Assembly (NCBI GenBank): GCA_964534375.1
Contig: CAZHPN010000101.1
Location: 1-20,713, forward strand
Origin: an uncultured bacterium
Lineage (GTDB): Bacteria > Lernaellota > Lernaellaia > Lernaellales > Lernaellaceae
Reading direction: 5' to 3'
DNA: 20,713 nucleotides
This document shows, one piece after another, positions 8,816 through 17,648 of this stretch. Made by a program: the position numbers and the translations under genes. The notes under the pieces were generated by a model. The model saw only the letters and a program-made list of their open reading frames with translations, was not told the origin of the DNA and ran no database searches. Every line of letters begins with the position of its first letter. Position 1 is the stretch's first letter.

Positions 8816-10612
8816 ATGAAGCGGCTGGGCCGGATCGTCTTGGCGGCGGCGATCGCGATTTGCGTCGCGGCCCCGTTCGCGACAGCCGCGCCGCTGCAGT
8901 ATTCGCTCTCGATCTTCCACTTCGACATCGAGTCGGTCATCGGCGGGTTGTACGGCTTCGTGCCGGCGCCGGGCGACTGGCCGACATGGGACATCAGCCC
9001 CGAAGCCGTCGAAGATATGATCGTAACCGAGAGTTTCGCGCCGCTGCTCGCGCTGCTGCAAGCGCACCCGGAGTGGACGTTCACCATCGAGATGCAGGCG
9101 TACATGGTCGAGGTGCTGGCGGCGCGGCACGCGGACGTTCTCGCGGCGTTGCAAAAGTTGACGGCCGCGGGCCAGGTCGAATTGGTGTCGTTTCACTACG
9201 CCGGCCAGTTTTTCATCGCGCACCCCTATGACGATTGGAAGCAGAGCCTCGCCCTCGCCCAGCAGGTTTTCGCGGCCAACAACCTCAAGCTTTCCGGCGT
9301 CGTCTTCTGCCAGGACGGCCAGGCGGCCGAGGGCATCGCCTCGCACATGAGCGAGGAAGGCTACACGGTCATGGCCTGGCCAGCCGACCTGTGGACCTAT
9401 CAGCACGGCGCCTTCGACGCCGCGCCGTATTACGAATTCGGCGACGCGCGGCTGGTCGTCGCCGGGCAATCGGTTGCCGACGCGGTTGACGGCGTTTACG
9501 TCAGTTGGAGCTACATGGGCGACGGCGAATTGCTGGCCACCGGCGGCGTCAGTCCGTACTTCCCGTGGTTTTTCCACGACCGGTCCGAGGCAGTCGCGAA
9601 TTTCGCCGCCGCGGTCGAGCAGCAAGAGGAGCAGGGCTACCTGATCAGTTCGATCGCCGGCTACGTGCAAGCCCTTCAGACGGCCGGCATCGCGGCCGCG
9701 CAGCCGCCGCCGCTGCTCGACGGCGCGTGGCAGCCCGCGACGACCGACGGCAATTCCCGCTGGCTCGGCGGCATCGGCGTCTGGGCGGCGGCCGAGCGCG
9801 ACAACCACGTGCGCACGCTGGCGGCGATGGCGCATCGCGAAATCCTGGCGGCGCAGACGATCGCCGCCGCCGCGGGCCTCGACAGCACGGCCGTCCTCGC
9901 CGAAGCGTGGCGCCAGCTTGCCCTCGGCGAGGTCTCGAACGGCACGGGCGTCAATCCGTATCTCGGCGAGGTCGACTTCTGCATCGCCAGTTCGGCCGAG
10001 GCGTTCCGCATCGCGCGGGCCGTGATTTACGAAGCGAAGGCGACGCTCGGCTTGGGCGGCGCGCTGATCGACACGGCGACCGGCGCCGTGACCCCCGGCG
10101 AGTTCGCCTGGCCTGGCGCGCCGACCGGCAAGGCGCCGCTGCAACTGACCGTCGCGGCGGACGGCCGGAGCGCGCAGGTCAGTTGGTTCGCGGAAAGTCA
10201 AAGCCCGCCGACGTGGCGCGTGGAAATCGCGTTCTCCGCCAGTCTCGTCGCGACCGCGCGCACGCTGTCCGTGACGTTCCCGGGAACGGGCGACGAGATT
10301 CAAACGACGACGGCGCTGGTCGACGACGCCGTGCAAACGTACGCGCGCTCGGACTTCTCGTTCGACCACTGGTATCTCCCCGCGCCGATCGGCCTCGTCG
10401 GCCTCGGCGGCGGCTGGTGGGTCGTCAAGGACCAGGCCAACGTCCACGTCGCGGCGCGGATCGAGACCGCCGACAGCGACGTGCAGTTCGTCGACAACAC
10501 CGCGCCGTGGTTCGAGACGATCACCTGGATCTTCCACGTCGTCCAAGGCGCCGACGCCGACGCGTTGGCGCTGGCGGACCGCATCAACGTCCACCCGACG
10601 TTGGCGCGGTGA
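8816..10612 (+). CDS. Secreted GH57-like (beta/alpha)7-barrel protein
   Basis: Signal peptide. FHFD, SFAPLL, GQVELV, FCQDGQ, MGDGEL and GEVSN line up in order with GH57 conserved regions. C-terminal region is beta-rich. Confidence 0.7.
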   Translation: MKRLGRIVLAAAIAICVAAPFATAAPLQYSLSIFHFDIESVIGGLYGFVPAPGDWPTWDISPEAVEDMIVTESFAPLLALLQAHPEWTFTIEMQAYMVEVLAARHADVLAALQKLTAAGQVELVSFHYAGQFFIAHPYDDWKQSLALAQQVFAANNLKLSGVVFCQDGQAAEGIASHMSEEGYTVMAWPADLWTYQHGAFDAAPYYEFGDARLVVAGQSVADAVDGVYVSWSYMGDGELLATGGVSPYFPWFFHDRSEAVANFAAAVEQQEEQGYLISSIAGYVQALQTAGIAAAQPPPLLDGAWQPATTDGNSRWLGGIGVWAAAERDNHVRTLAAMAHREILAAQTIAAAAGLDSTAVLAEAWRQLALGEVSNGTGVNPYLGEVDFCIASSAEAFRIARAVIYEAKATLGLGGALIDTATGAVTPGEFAWPGAPTGKAPLQLTVAADGRSAQVSWFAESQSPPTWRVEIAFSASLVATARTLSVTFPGTGDEIQTTTALVDDAVQTYARSDFSFDHWYLPAPIGLVGLGGGWWVVKDQANVHVAARIETADSDVQFVDNTAPWFETITWIFHVVQGADADALALADRINVHPTLAR

Positions 10613-10622
10613 GGAGGCGGCC

Positions 10623-11192
10623 GTGAGTAAAATCCCCTGGCTGCTCGCGGCGCTCGCGGCCCTGGGTTTGCTCGCGGCCTGCCAGTCCGCGCGGCATCAC
10701 GCCTCGCCCGCGCCCGCTCCGGCCGACGACGACGCCGCCGACGACGATTCCTCGCCCGACGACGACGCGACGGCGGCCGACGACGATTCCGCGCCGCCGT
10801 ACGTTCAGAAATATCAGTTTGCCTTGGCGATCGAGGTCCAATTCCAGGCGACTTTGAAATTGGCGCAGAACCCGAATGGCAATTTGACGGCCGCCTTCAT
10901 CCCGCAACAGGGCTTCGACGTGCTGCTGGCCGGCACGACGCTGCTCGGCTCGGGCCAACTGTGGAGCATCCCGGAAGCGAACGGCCGCATGGTGATGCTG
11001 CGGCTCAACGGCCCGGCGGCGCCGAACGGCCCCTGCGGCAACAATCCGATTTCGTACGCCGTGTCGCTGACCGCCAAAGCAAGCAACGCCTACATGGTCG
11101 GCGGCTTGACCGCGTATTGCGGCGCGAACACGTTCACCGGTTCGCCCGCGCGCGTCATGCGCCTCGCCGGCTGGCAAACGAAGGTCGAGTAA
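10623..11192 (+). CDS. Lipoprotein with Asp-rich linker and unknown beta-rich domain
   Basis: GAGGAGG RBS, GTG start, lipobox LLAAC and linker DDDAADDDSSPDDDATAADDDS. Confidence 0.85.
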   Translation: MSKIPWLLAALAALGLLAACQSARHHASPAPAPADDDAADDDSSPDDDATAADDDSAPPYVQKYQFALAIEVQFQATLKLAQNPNGNLTAAFIPQQGFDVLLAGTTLLGSGQLWSIPEANGRMVMLRLNGPAAPNGPCGNNPISYAVSLTAKASNAYMVGGLTAYCGANTFTGSPARVMRLAGWQTKVE

Positions 11193-11233
11193 CGTCCTGC
11201 CGAGTCGCCCCTGGGCGCACTGCCGGCGTTTCC

Positions 11234-11704
11234 TCACGCTTCCGCTTTGCGCCGCGCGGCTTCCTCGGCGACGGCCTCCGCCAGCGATTGCAGCGGATTC
11301 AGACCGGCGAGAATTTCCTCTTCGCCGAAATATGACTTCTGATTGCCATAGATTTCGCGATAGATGATTTTGACGACGCCCGCGCCGAGCAGGAGTTTGA
11401 GGCACGACAGGCACGGCTTGAAGGTGCAATAGCACACCGCGCCGGCCAGGCTGATGCCGAAGCGCGCGGCCTGCAGCACGGCGTTGGCCTCGGCGTGGAT
11501 CGTGCGCACGCAGTGGCCGTCTTTGAGCACGTGCCCGGCCTCGTCGCAATGCGGCGTGCCCGGCAGCGAGCCGTTGTAGCCGGTGGTCAGGATGCGGTTG
11601 TCCTTGACGATCACCGCGCCGACCGTCAGCCGATCGCAGGTCGCGCGCGTCGAAACGTCTTCGGCGATTGTCATAAAATATTCGTGCCAGCTAGCGCGAG
11701 GCAT
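11234..11704 (-). CDS. dCMP deaminase (ComEB-like cytidine/deoxycytidylate deaminase family)
   Basis: RASWHEYFM, RATCDR, VGAVIV, TGYNG, zinc motifs HAEANA and KPCLSC. AGGAGG RBS before ATG 11704. Confidence 0.93.
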   Translation of the reverse strand: MPRASWHEYFMTIAEDVSTRATCDRLTVGAVIVKDNRILTTGYNGSLPGTPHCDEAGHVLKDGHCVRTIHAEANAVLQAARFGISLAGAVCYCTFKPCLSCLKLLLGAGVVKIIYREIYGNQKSYFGEEEILAGLNPLQSLAEAVAEEAARRKAEA

Positions 11705-11740
11705 TTGGAACCTCCTGCGGAGGTTGAGGTTTAGCTTTGA

Positions 11741-11778
11741 GCACCGAGAGCACAGAGAATCCGCAGAGGGCACAGAGA
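11741..11778. repeat. Degenerate 9-mer array (GCACAGAGA-like x4)
   Basis: gcaccgaga gcacagaga at ccgcagagg gcacagaga. Confidence 0.8.
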
Positions 11779-11796
11779 TGATGGCTTGTCAGGCTG

Positions 11797-11831
11797 GCAT
11801 TCCGCATTCGGCATTCCACATTCCGCATTTC
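11797..11831. repeat. 7-mer array (GCATTCC x5) abutting the nrdJ stop codon
   Basis: gcattcc gcattcg gcattcc acattcc gcatttc; the last base is shared with the TAG stop. Confidence 0.9.
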
Positions 11832-14800
11832 TACGAGCATCCCGTCGTTTCGCCGCACGTCACGCACTTCAGGCACGTGCCGTTGCGCACCATTGTCATC
11901 TGGCCGCACGACGAACAAATGTCGCCCGTGTAGCCCTTTTGCTTGGCCTCGCGGACCAGATTGCGGGGCCCGCCCGCCGCCGAACCGGCCCCGGTCGCCG
12001 CGGCGTCGGTTTTGCGATGATTCGTCTTTCGCCGGCCGTTCTGTCCGGGCCGGGGGTCGCCGGGGTCGTCCTGCGGCAACCCTTCGGCGACATGCGCCAA
12101 ATCGTAGCGGCCCAGATAATTGATCGCCAGATCCCGGAAGATGTAATCGATGACCGAGGTGCTCATCTTGATGTGCGGGTGGCCGTTGACCACGCCCGAC
12201 GGATCGAACCGCGTGAACAGGAACGCGTCGGCGAACTCGTGCAGCGGCACGCCGTATTGCAGCCCGAGGCTGATGGCGATCGCGAAACAGTTCATCAAAC
12301 TGCGGAACGCCGCGCCCTCTTTGTGCATGTCGAGAAAAATCTCGCCGACCGACCCGTCGCTGTACTCGCCCGTGTGCAGGTAAATGGTGTGCCCGCCGAT
12401 GTTTGCCTTTTGCCGATAACCCTCGCACCGCGCCGGCAGCCGCCGCCGATCGCCCAGCCCGCGCCGGACGCTTTGCTCGGCCAGCGCCCGCGCGGCGGCC
12501 TCGACGCCCCCCTCGTCCGCATCGGCGCCGGCGTCGTCGCGTTGGGAGACCATGACCTGCGAAAGTTTGCTGCCGTCGCGGTAGATCGCCACGGCCTTCA
12601 GCATCAGCCGCCACGCTTTTTCGTACGCGCCGCGCACGTCCGCGACCGTCGCCTCAGGCGGCAGGTTGACCGTTTTGCTGATCGCGCCCGACAAAAACGG
12701 CTGCACGGCGGCCATCATCAGCAAGTGGCCGTCGAGCGAAATGTGGCGTGTGCCGAGCCGCCCGCAGCGATTGGCGCAATCGAAGATCGGCAGGTGCTCG
12801 GGCGCCAGCCGCTCGTCGCCCTCGACGGTCATCGCGCCGCAGATGAACTGTTCGGCCTCGCGGATCTGCGATTCGTCGAACCCGAGCGCCGGCAGCACGC
12901 GGAAGCCGGGCGCCGCCGCTTCCGGCCCGACGCCCAGCGCCGCCAGGAATTCCGCGCCGAGCACGAACGGGCTGAACGCGTCGTCGAGCGCGAACGCCGT
13001 CGGCAGGCGCGTCTCGATGCGGTCGAGCAATTCCGCGGAAAAGCCCTTCGCCGCCAGCGTCTCGCGGTTGATGTGCGGCGCGCCGGCCAGCGTTTGGCGG
13101 CCCGCGGCGTGCGCCACGATCGCCTCGAGGTCCGCCGGCGCGTAGCCCAGGCGCCGCAACGCCGCCGGAATCGCCTGGTTGATGATTTTGAAATAGCCGC
13201 CGCCGGCCAACCGCTTGAATTTGACCAGCGCGTAATCCGGCTCGACGCCGGTCGTGTCGCAATCCATCACCAGGCCGATCGTGCCCGTCGGCGCCAGCAC
13301 CGTCGTCAGCGCGTTGCGGTAGCCGTGCGCCTCGCCCAGCGCCAGCGCCCGGTCCCACGCCTCGCGCGCGGCGTCGGCGAGGTAGGCCGGGCAGCGCGCC
13401 GCGTCCAGGCCGCGCGGCGCGACCGTCAGCTCCTCGTAATCCTCGGCGGGCGCGTTGAACGCGGCGCGGCGGTGATTGCGGATGACCCGCAGCATCGCCT
13501 CGCGGTTGGCGGCGAAGCGCGGGAACGGCCCGAGCGCGGCGGCCATTTCGGCGCTCGCGGCGTACGCCTCGCCGGTGAGGATGGCGGTGATCGCGGCGGC
13601 GATGCCGCGGCCGGCGTCGGAATCGTAGGCCAGGCCCATCGACATCAACAGGGCGCCGAGGTTGGCGTAGCCGAGGCCGAGCGTGCGAAACTCCCAACTG
13701 CGCTTCGCCATTTCGACGCTCGGGAACGACGCCATCAGCACCGAGATTTCCAGCGTGATCGTCCACAAGCGGCACGCATGGCGGAACGCCGGCACGTCGA
13801 ATTCGCCGTCGTCGCGCAGAAAGCGCACCAGGTTCAGCGACGCGAGGTTGCAGGCCGTGTCGTCGAGAAACATGTATTCCGAACACGGGTTGCTGGCGTT
13901 GATGCGCCCGTCCGCCGGGCAGGTGTGCCACTCGTTGATCGTCGTGTCGAATTGCACGCCCGGGTCGGCGCTCGCCCAGGCCGCCGCCGCGATCTTGTCC
14001 CACAGTTCCGCCGCCGGGACGCGCCGCACGACCTCGTGGGTCAAGCGGTCGCGCAGCGGCCAGTCGCCGCCCTCGGCCAGCGCGGCAAAAAACTCGTTGG
14101 GCACGCGCACGGTGTTGTTCGAGTTCTGGCCCGAAACGGTCTGATACGCCTCGGCGTTCCAGTCGACGTCGAATTCGGCGAGTTCGATGGCGGTCACGCC
14201 CTGCTGCGCCAGGCCGAGCACGCGCTGAATGCAGCCTTCCGGAATCCGCGCCTGCCGCGCCTCGAAGAGCGCCCGGCCCAGTTCCGCGGCGGCGCTGGGA
14301 TCGGCCGCGGTCGCGACGATCGCCGCCAGCTTTCTCTTCATCAGCCGCGAGCCCGCCACTAGCGCCGCGACCTTTTCCTCCTCGCGCGCTTTCCACATCA
14401 CAAAATCCTCGATCTCCGGGTGATCGAGATCGAGAATGACCATCTTCGCCGCGCGCCGCGTCGTGCCGCCCGATTTGATCGCGCCGGCCGCGCGATCGCC
14501 GATTTTCAGGAACGACATCAGGCCGCTGCTGCGCCCGCCGCCGGACAGCGTCTCGCCCGCCGCGCGGATGTTCGAAAAATTCGACCCCGTGCCGCTGCCG
14601 TATTTGAAGACCCGCGCCTCGCGGGTCCACAGGTCCATGATGCCGCCCTCATTGACGAGGTCGTCGGCGACCGACTGAATGAAGCAGGCGTGCGCCTGCG
14701 GCCGCTCGTAAGCGGTGTCGGAGCGCTTTACCCGCTTCGTTTCCGGATCGAACCAGCAATGCCCCTGCGACCGGCCTTTGATGCCGTACACGTGAAAGAG

Positions 14801-15232
14801 GCCCGTGTTGAACCACTGCGGACTATTCGGCGCGCCGATCTGCGCCGCCAACATGCAGCTCATTTCGTCGGCGTAGGCCTGCGCGTCCGCCGTGCCGTCG
14901 AAGTAGCCGTGCCGCGCGCCCCAATCGGCCCAGGTTTTGGCCAGTCGGTCGAACACCTGGCGCGCGTCCGTCTCGGGGCCGAGCACCGGCTCGCCGTTGG
15001 CGTCGCGGCGGATCTCGCCGGCCTCATCGCGTTGCGGCACGCCGGTCTTGCGAAAATATTTTTGCGCAAGGATGTCGCTGGCTATGGCCGACCAATGCTC
15101 GGGCACGGTCGCCGGCATCGGCTGCCCGACGCGGCTGCCGTCGGGGTTCGTGATTTGGCTGGAACGCGTTTCAAACCGGAAGTCCGCGTACGGGCTCCGG
15201 CCCTCCTGCGTGAAACGGCGTGGGATCTTCAT
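11831..15232 (-). CDS. nrdJ: Vitamin B12-dependent class II ribonucleotide reductase (1133 aa)
   Basis: [47 protein letters not shown] (thiyl Cys), [24 protein letters not shown], a TSCPD-like C-terminal domain and a CxxC...CxxC...GCS tail. GGAG spacing favours MKIPRRF at 15232. Confidence 0.97.
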   Translation of the reverse strand: MKIPRRFTQEGRSPYADFRFETRSSQITNPDGSRVGQPMPATVPEHWSAIASDILAQKYFRKTGVPQRDEAGEIRRDANGEPVLGPETDARQVFDRLAKTWADWGARHGYFDGTADAQAYADEMSCMLAAQIGAPNSPQWFNTGLFHVYGIKGRSQGHCWFDPETKRVKRSDTAYERPQAHACFIQSVADDLVNEGGIMDLWTREARVFKYGSGTGSNFSNIRAAGETLSGGGRSSGLMSFLKIGDRAAGAIKSGGTTRRAAKMVILDLDHPEIEDFVMWKAREEEKVAALVAGSRLMKRKLAAIVATAADPSAAAELGRALFEARQARIPEGCIQRVLGLAQQGVTAIELAEFDVDWNAEAYQTVSGQNSNNTVRVPNEFFAALAEGGDWPLRDRLTHEVVRRVPAAELWDKIAAAAWASADPGVQFDTTINEWHTCPADGRINASNPCSEYMFLDDTACNLASLNLVRFLRDDGEFDVPAFRHACRLWTITLEISVLMASFPSVEMAKRSWEFRTLGLGYANLGALLMSMGLAYDSDAGRGIAAAITAILTGEAYAASAEMAAALGPFPRFAANREAMLRVIRNHRRAAFNAPAEDYEELTVAPRGLDAARCPAYLADAAREAWDRALALGEAHGYRNALTTVLAPTGTIGLVMDCDTTGVEPDYALVKFKRLAGGGYFKIINQAIPAALRRLGYAPADLEAIVAHAAGRQTLAGAPHINRETLAAKGFSAELLDRIETRLPTAFALDDAFSPFVLGAEFLAALGVGPEAAAPGFRVLPALGFDESQIREAEQFICGAMTVEGDERLAPEHLPIFDCANRCGRLGTRHISLDGHLLMMAAVQPFLSGAISKTVNLPPEATVADVRGAYEKAWRLMLKAVAIYRDGSKLSQVMVSQRDDAGADADEGGVEAAARALAEQSVRRGLGDRRRLPARCEGYRQKANIGGHTIYLHTGEYSDGSVGEIFLDMHKEGAAFRSLMNCFAIAISLGLQYGVPLHEFADAFLFTRFDPSGVVNGHPHIKMSTSVIDYIFRDLAINYLGRYDLAHVAEGLPQDDPGDPRPGQNGRRKTNHRKTDAAATGAGSAAGGPRNLVREAKQKGYTGDICSSCGQMTMVRNGTCLKCVTCGETTGCS

Positions 15233-15298
15233 GCGCATAACTCCGCCGGAGCGCCGGGGCTCCGCGAGGCTGATCGATCGCAAAGAAAAGTCTCGAAC

Positions 15299-15345
15299 GA
15301 ACTGTCTATTGTATTCGAGTTTTTCACGAACACAATATATGGATT
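15299..15345 (-). promoter_or_regulatory. Tandem NrdR boxes overlapping the nrdJ promoter
   Basis: ACACAATATATGGATT (15330-15345) and the weaker GAACTGTCTATTGTAT (15299-15314) lie 31 bp apart and resemble acaCwAtATaTwGtgt. A minus-strand TTGTGT-16-TACAAT overlaps both. Confidence 0.75.
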
Positions 15346-15667
15346 GACGAAAAAATTTTGTCCGCGAAATTTTCTTTGCGGCGCTGGCGATGGCGGTCTC
15401 AGAAAATAACCGATTCGAACCGAAATGAACCTCTTGTTTTCTCTGGAAGATCGCCTGCCCATTTGCAAAATCGACCAATCCCGGAGAATCTGGGACCACT
15501 CGGCAAGGCGCTTGAATGAAGCGCCGCGGAGCCGAATATTGACGTAGGAGAGAAAATCGCGTAGTCATGGTGACGGCAGCCGGACTAAAGAAAACAACGA
15601 CGGAACATTGCGCCTTCTCCGCGAGGGGCAACTGTAGGTTTCCACGGGCGGGACGGGAGAAAAACTA

Positions 15668-16621
15668 GTGGTGCAGGGAGATCCGCAGGCGACAAGGGCG
15701 ATCAGGCGGGGGCTGGTGCTTCCCGGGGGCGCGGCGCTCGGGGCTTTTCAGGCGGGCGCGCTCAAGGCGATCCGCGAGGCCGGCATCGAATTTCACATCA
15801 TCGCGGCGACGTCGATCGGCCTGGTGCACGCGCTGGCGTGGAACCGCGGCGAGGAATTCGTCGCGCGGCTCGACGGGCGCTGGCGCAAAGACGCGGCGGA
15901 ATTCGCGCCCTTCGACCCGAAACGCCTCCTGCGCCTGAAAAATCCGTTCAGCTTCGGCAAATCGTTGGACAAACTCTTCAGCCAATACCGCAGCACGCAG
16001 CCGAACGTCGGCGATAAAGGCACGATCCCGATCCTGATCTCGCTGACCGAGGCGGCGACCGGCCGCAACGTCGCGTTTTCGGTGTCCGAGCCGGGGCTCT
16101 CCGCCGCCGTGCGCACCGACGCGTACCGCGCGGCCACGACGATTCCGGTGCTCGGCGACGCACCCATCGAAATTCGCGGCAAACGCTACTACGACGGCGG
16201 TTTCTCCAACAACGTGCCGATCGATTATTTCGCTGACGCGGACCTCGACGAAATCTGGATCGTCGACCCGATTCCGAGCCTGCCCGCGCGGGTCTGGCAT
16301 GCGCCGTTGTGGCGTGTCGCCAAAGCGTTGCGCAGCGCGACGAAGAATCCGTGGTTCCTGGGGGCCGCTGGCGTCGCCCTCCAATATTTCGGCCCGCGGG
16401 AAAAGACGGTTCCGGGCAAGAAGTTGGTGACGATCCAACTCGAACTCAAAGGCTCGTTCCGTTATGCCGCGCTCGCCGGCGCACTGACCTTCGCGCCGAA
16501 ACAGATCGATCTGCTATTGTCGCTGGGTTACCGTCAGGCGCGGCGCACCTGCCGCGACTACCTGGAAAATCAGGCGACCGCGCCCAGCCGCACGGCTGCG
16601 CCGGCTGCTGCGATCGCCTGA
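15668..16621 (+). CDS. Patatin-like phospholipase
   Basis: GLVLPGGAALGAFQAG, ATSIG nucleophile elbow and YYDGGFSNNVP. GGGAG RBS before GTG. Confidence 0.88.
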   Translation: MVQGDPQATRAIRRGLVLPGGAALGAFQAGALKAIREAGIEFHIIAATSIGLVHALAWNRGEEFVARLDGRWRKDAAEFAPFDPKRLLRLKNPFSFGKSLDKLFSQYRSTQPNVGDKGTIPILISLTEAATGRNVAFSVSEPGLSAAVRTDAYRAATTIPVLGDAPIEIRGKRYYDGGFSNNVPIDYFADADLDEIWIVDPIPSLPARVWHAPLWRVAKALRSATKNPWFLGAAGVALQYFGPREKTVPGKKLVTIQLELKGSFRYAALAGALTFAPKQIDLLLSLGYRQARRTCRDYLENQATAPSRTAAPAAAIA

Positions 16622-16635
16622 CGTCCGACTGAAAC

Positions 16636-17457
16636 TCAGATCACGCCCATATAGCGGAATGTGTGCCGGCTCGGCTGCGGTTTGAGCCGTTGGAGCGCGG
16701 CGCCAACCGTCCGCGTAACCGTCGCGCGCGCCACCAGGCCGTCTGCCAGCCGCAGGCTTTTCGCCCGCGGGTCCGGCAGGAACGACTTCGCCGCCGCCCT
16801 CGCGGAGCGGCCGATTTTTTCCCAGACCAACGACCCGCGCTGGAATTCGGCATTGGCCCGCTGATCGGCCGGGTTCAATTCGAAGGCCCGTTTGAAACAG
16901 CGGCGGGCGCCGATGAGGTTGTCTTGTTGCTCGAGGACCTTGCCAAGAATGAAGTAATTTTCCCAGTCGCTGTGGTCCAACTCAATCGCCTGCTCGATGG
17001 TCTGCGCGGCGAATTTAATCTCACCGGCGTTCCAGTAAGCTCTCGCTAACCGCTTCAGCAGGTAGGGATTGGCCTTGTCCTGTTGCAGCACTTTGCGGAA
17101 GCACACCGCCGCCGTCGAGTAGCCGCCAAGTCGCATATGCCGCAGGCCATCGCGGTAGATGGCCTCGGCGGAACTGGTGTTGCCGGCGTATCTGGACGGG
17201 CCTTCCGGCCCCGCGACCTGTTGCGGGTCGTCGCCGAGCAGTTGGTCGAACTCCGCGCGCTTTTGCTCGTCGCCGAGCGTCAAAAACGCCTCTTCGAGCG
17301 CGCGAATTCGCTCTTCGACCTCTTTGTCGGGACGATCGGTGTCCAGTTCGAGTTTCGCCTTGTATTTCGCCGCCGCGTAGGCCTCTTTGATTTTGCCCGC
17401 GCTGGCGAATTCAGACACGCCTAACACCTTGTAGTAATTGGGAACCTTGGTTGACAT
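16636..17457 (-). CDS. J-domain-like + TPR protein
   Basis: NYYKVLGVS...IKEAY...EAFLTLGDEQKRAEFD, followed by about three TPR repeats (e.g. FILGKVLEQQDNLIGARRCFKRAFELNP). Purine-rich RBS before ATG 17457. Confidence 0.85.
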   Translation of the reverse strand: MSTKVPNYYKVLGVSEFASAGKIKEAYAAAKYKAKLELDTDRPDKEVEERIRALEEAFLTLGDEQKRAEFDQLLGDDPQQVAGPEGPSRYAGNTSSAEAIYRDGLRHMRLGGYSTAAVCFRKVLQQDKANPYLLKRLARAYWNAGEIKFAAQTIEQAIELDHSDWENYFILGKVLEQQDNLIGARRCFKRAFELNPADQRANAEFQRGSLVWEKIGRSARAAAKSFLPDPRAKSLRLADGLVARATVTRTVGAALQRLKPQPSRHTFRYMGVI

Positions 17458-17571
17458 GTTCCTTCTTTCCTTCTTTCTCCGGCAGCCGACCCGACCCATA
17501 ATGCTGGTTGGCCGCCTGCATCCATGCATCGCAACGACATCCGTCCGCTCCACTCACGACGGACGATAATC

Positions 17572-17600
17572 AGTATACCTGAACCTGGGATCAATTCCAA
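17572..17600 (-). promoter_or_regulatory. Sigma70-type promoter for the J/TPR gene
   Basis: Minus strand TTGGAA, 17-nt spacer, TATACT. Confidence 0.6.
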
Positions 17601-17620
17601 GCAAATGCAACCAGATCTCG

Positions 17621-17648
17621 AAAAAAAATCCGCGGGCCGCGCGGCCCG
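17621..17648 (-). terminator. Intrinsic terminator-like hairpin
   Basis: Perfect palindrome CGGGCCGCGCGGCCCG (17633-17648), followed 4 nt later on the minus strand by T8. Confidence 0.5.

Noticed and set aside
7868..10594. 908-aa minus-strand ORF
   Set aside because: Arg-rich antisense shadow of the rhomboid and GH57-like genes, with no motifs.
11786..14362. 858-aa plus-strand ORF
   Set aside because: Antisense shadow of nrdJ.
11831..15232. Intein or intron in nrdJ
   Set aside because: Core motifs are contiguous, and no splice-junction or homing-endonuclease motifs were seen.
15539..15567. Promoter TTGACG-17-TAGTCA for the patatin
   Set aside because: The -10 lacks the conserved final T; too weak to list.
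15233..15631. 133-aa N-terminal extension of NrdJ
   Set aside because: It spans the AT-rich promoter and NrdR boxes. Family-like sequence and the RBS begin at MKIPRRF.
15346..15667. Cobalamin riboswitch near nrdJ
   Set aside because: No B12-box consensus was recognised on either strand; an Rfam scan would be decisive.
11234..16621. Anti-phage system (CBASS patatin or dCTP-depleting deaminase)
   Set aside because: No cyclase or other defence genes are present. The deaminase is the short housekeeping type without a kinase-like domain and follows nrdJ.
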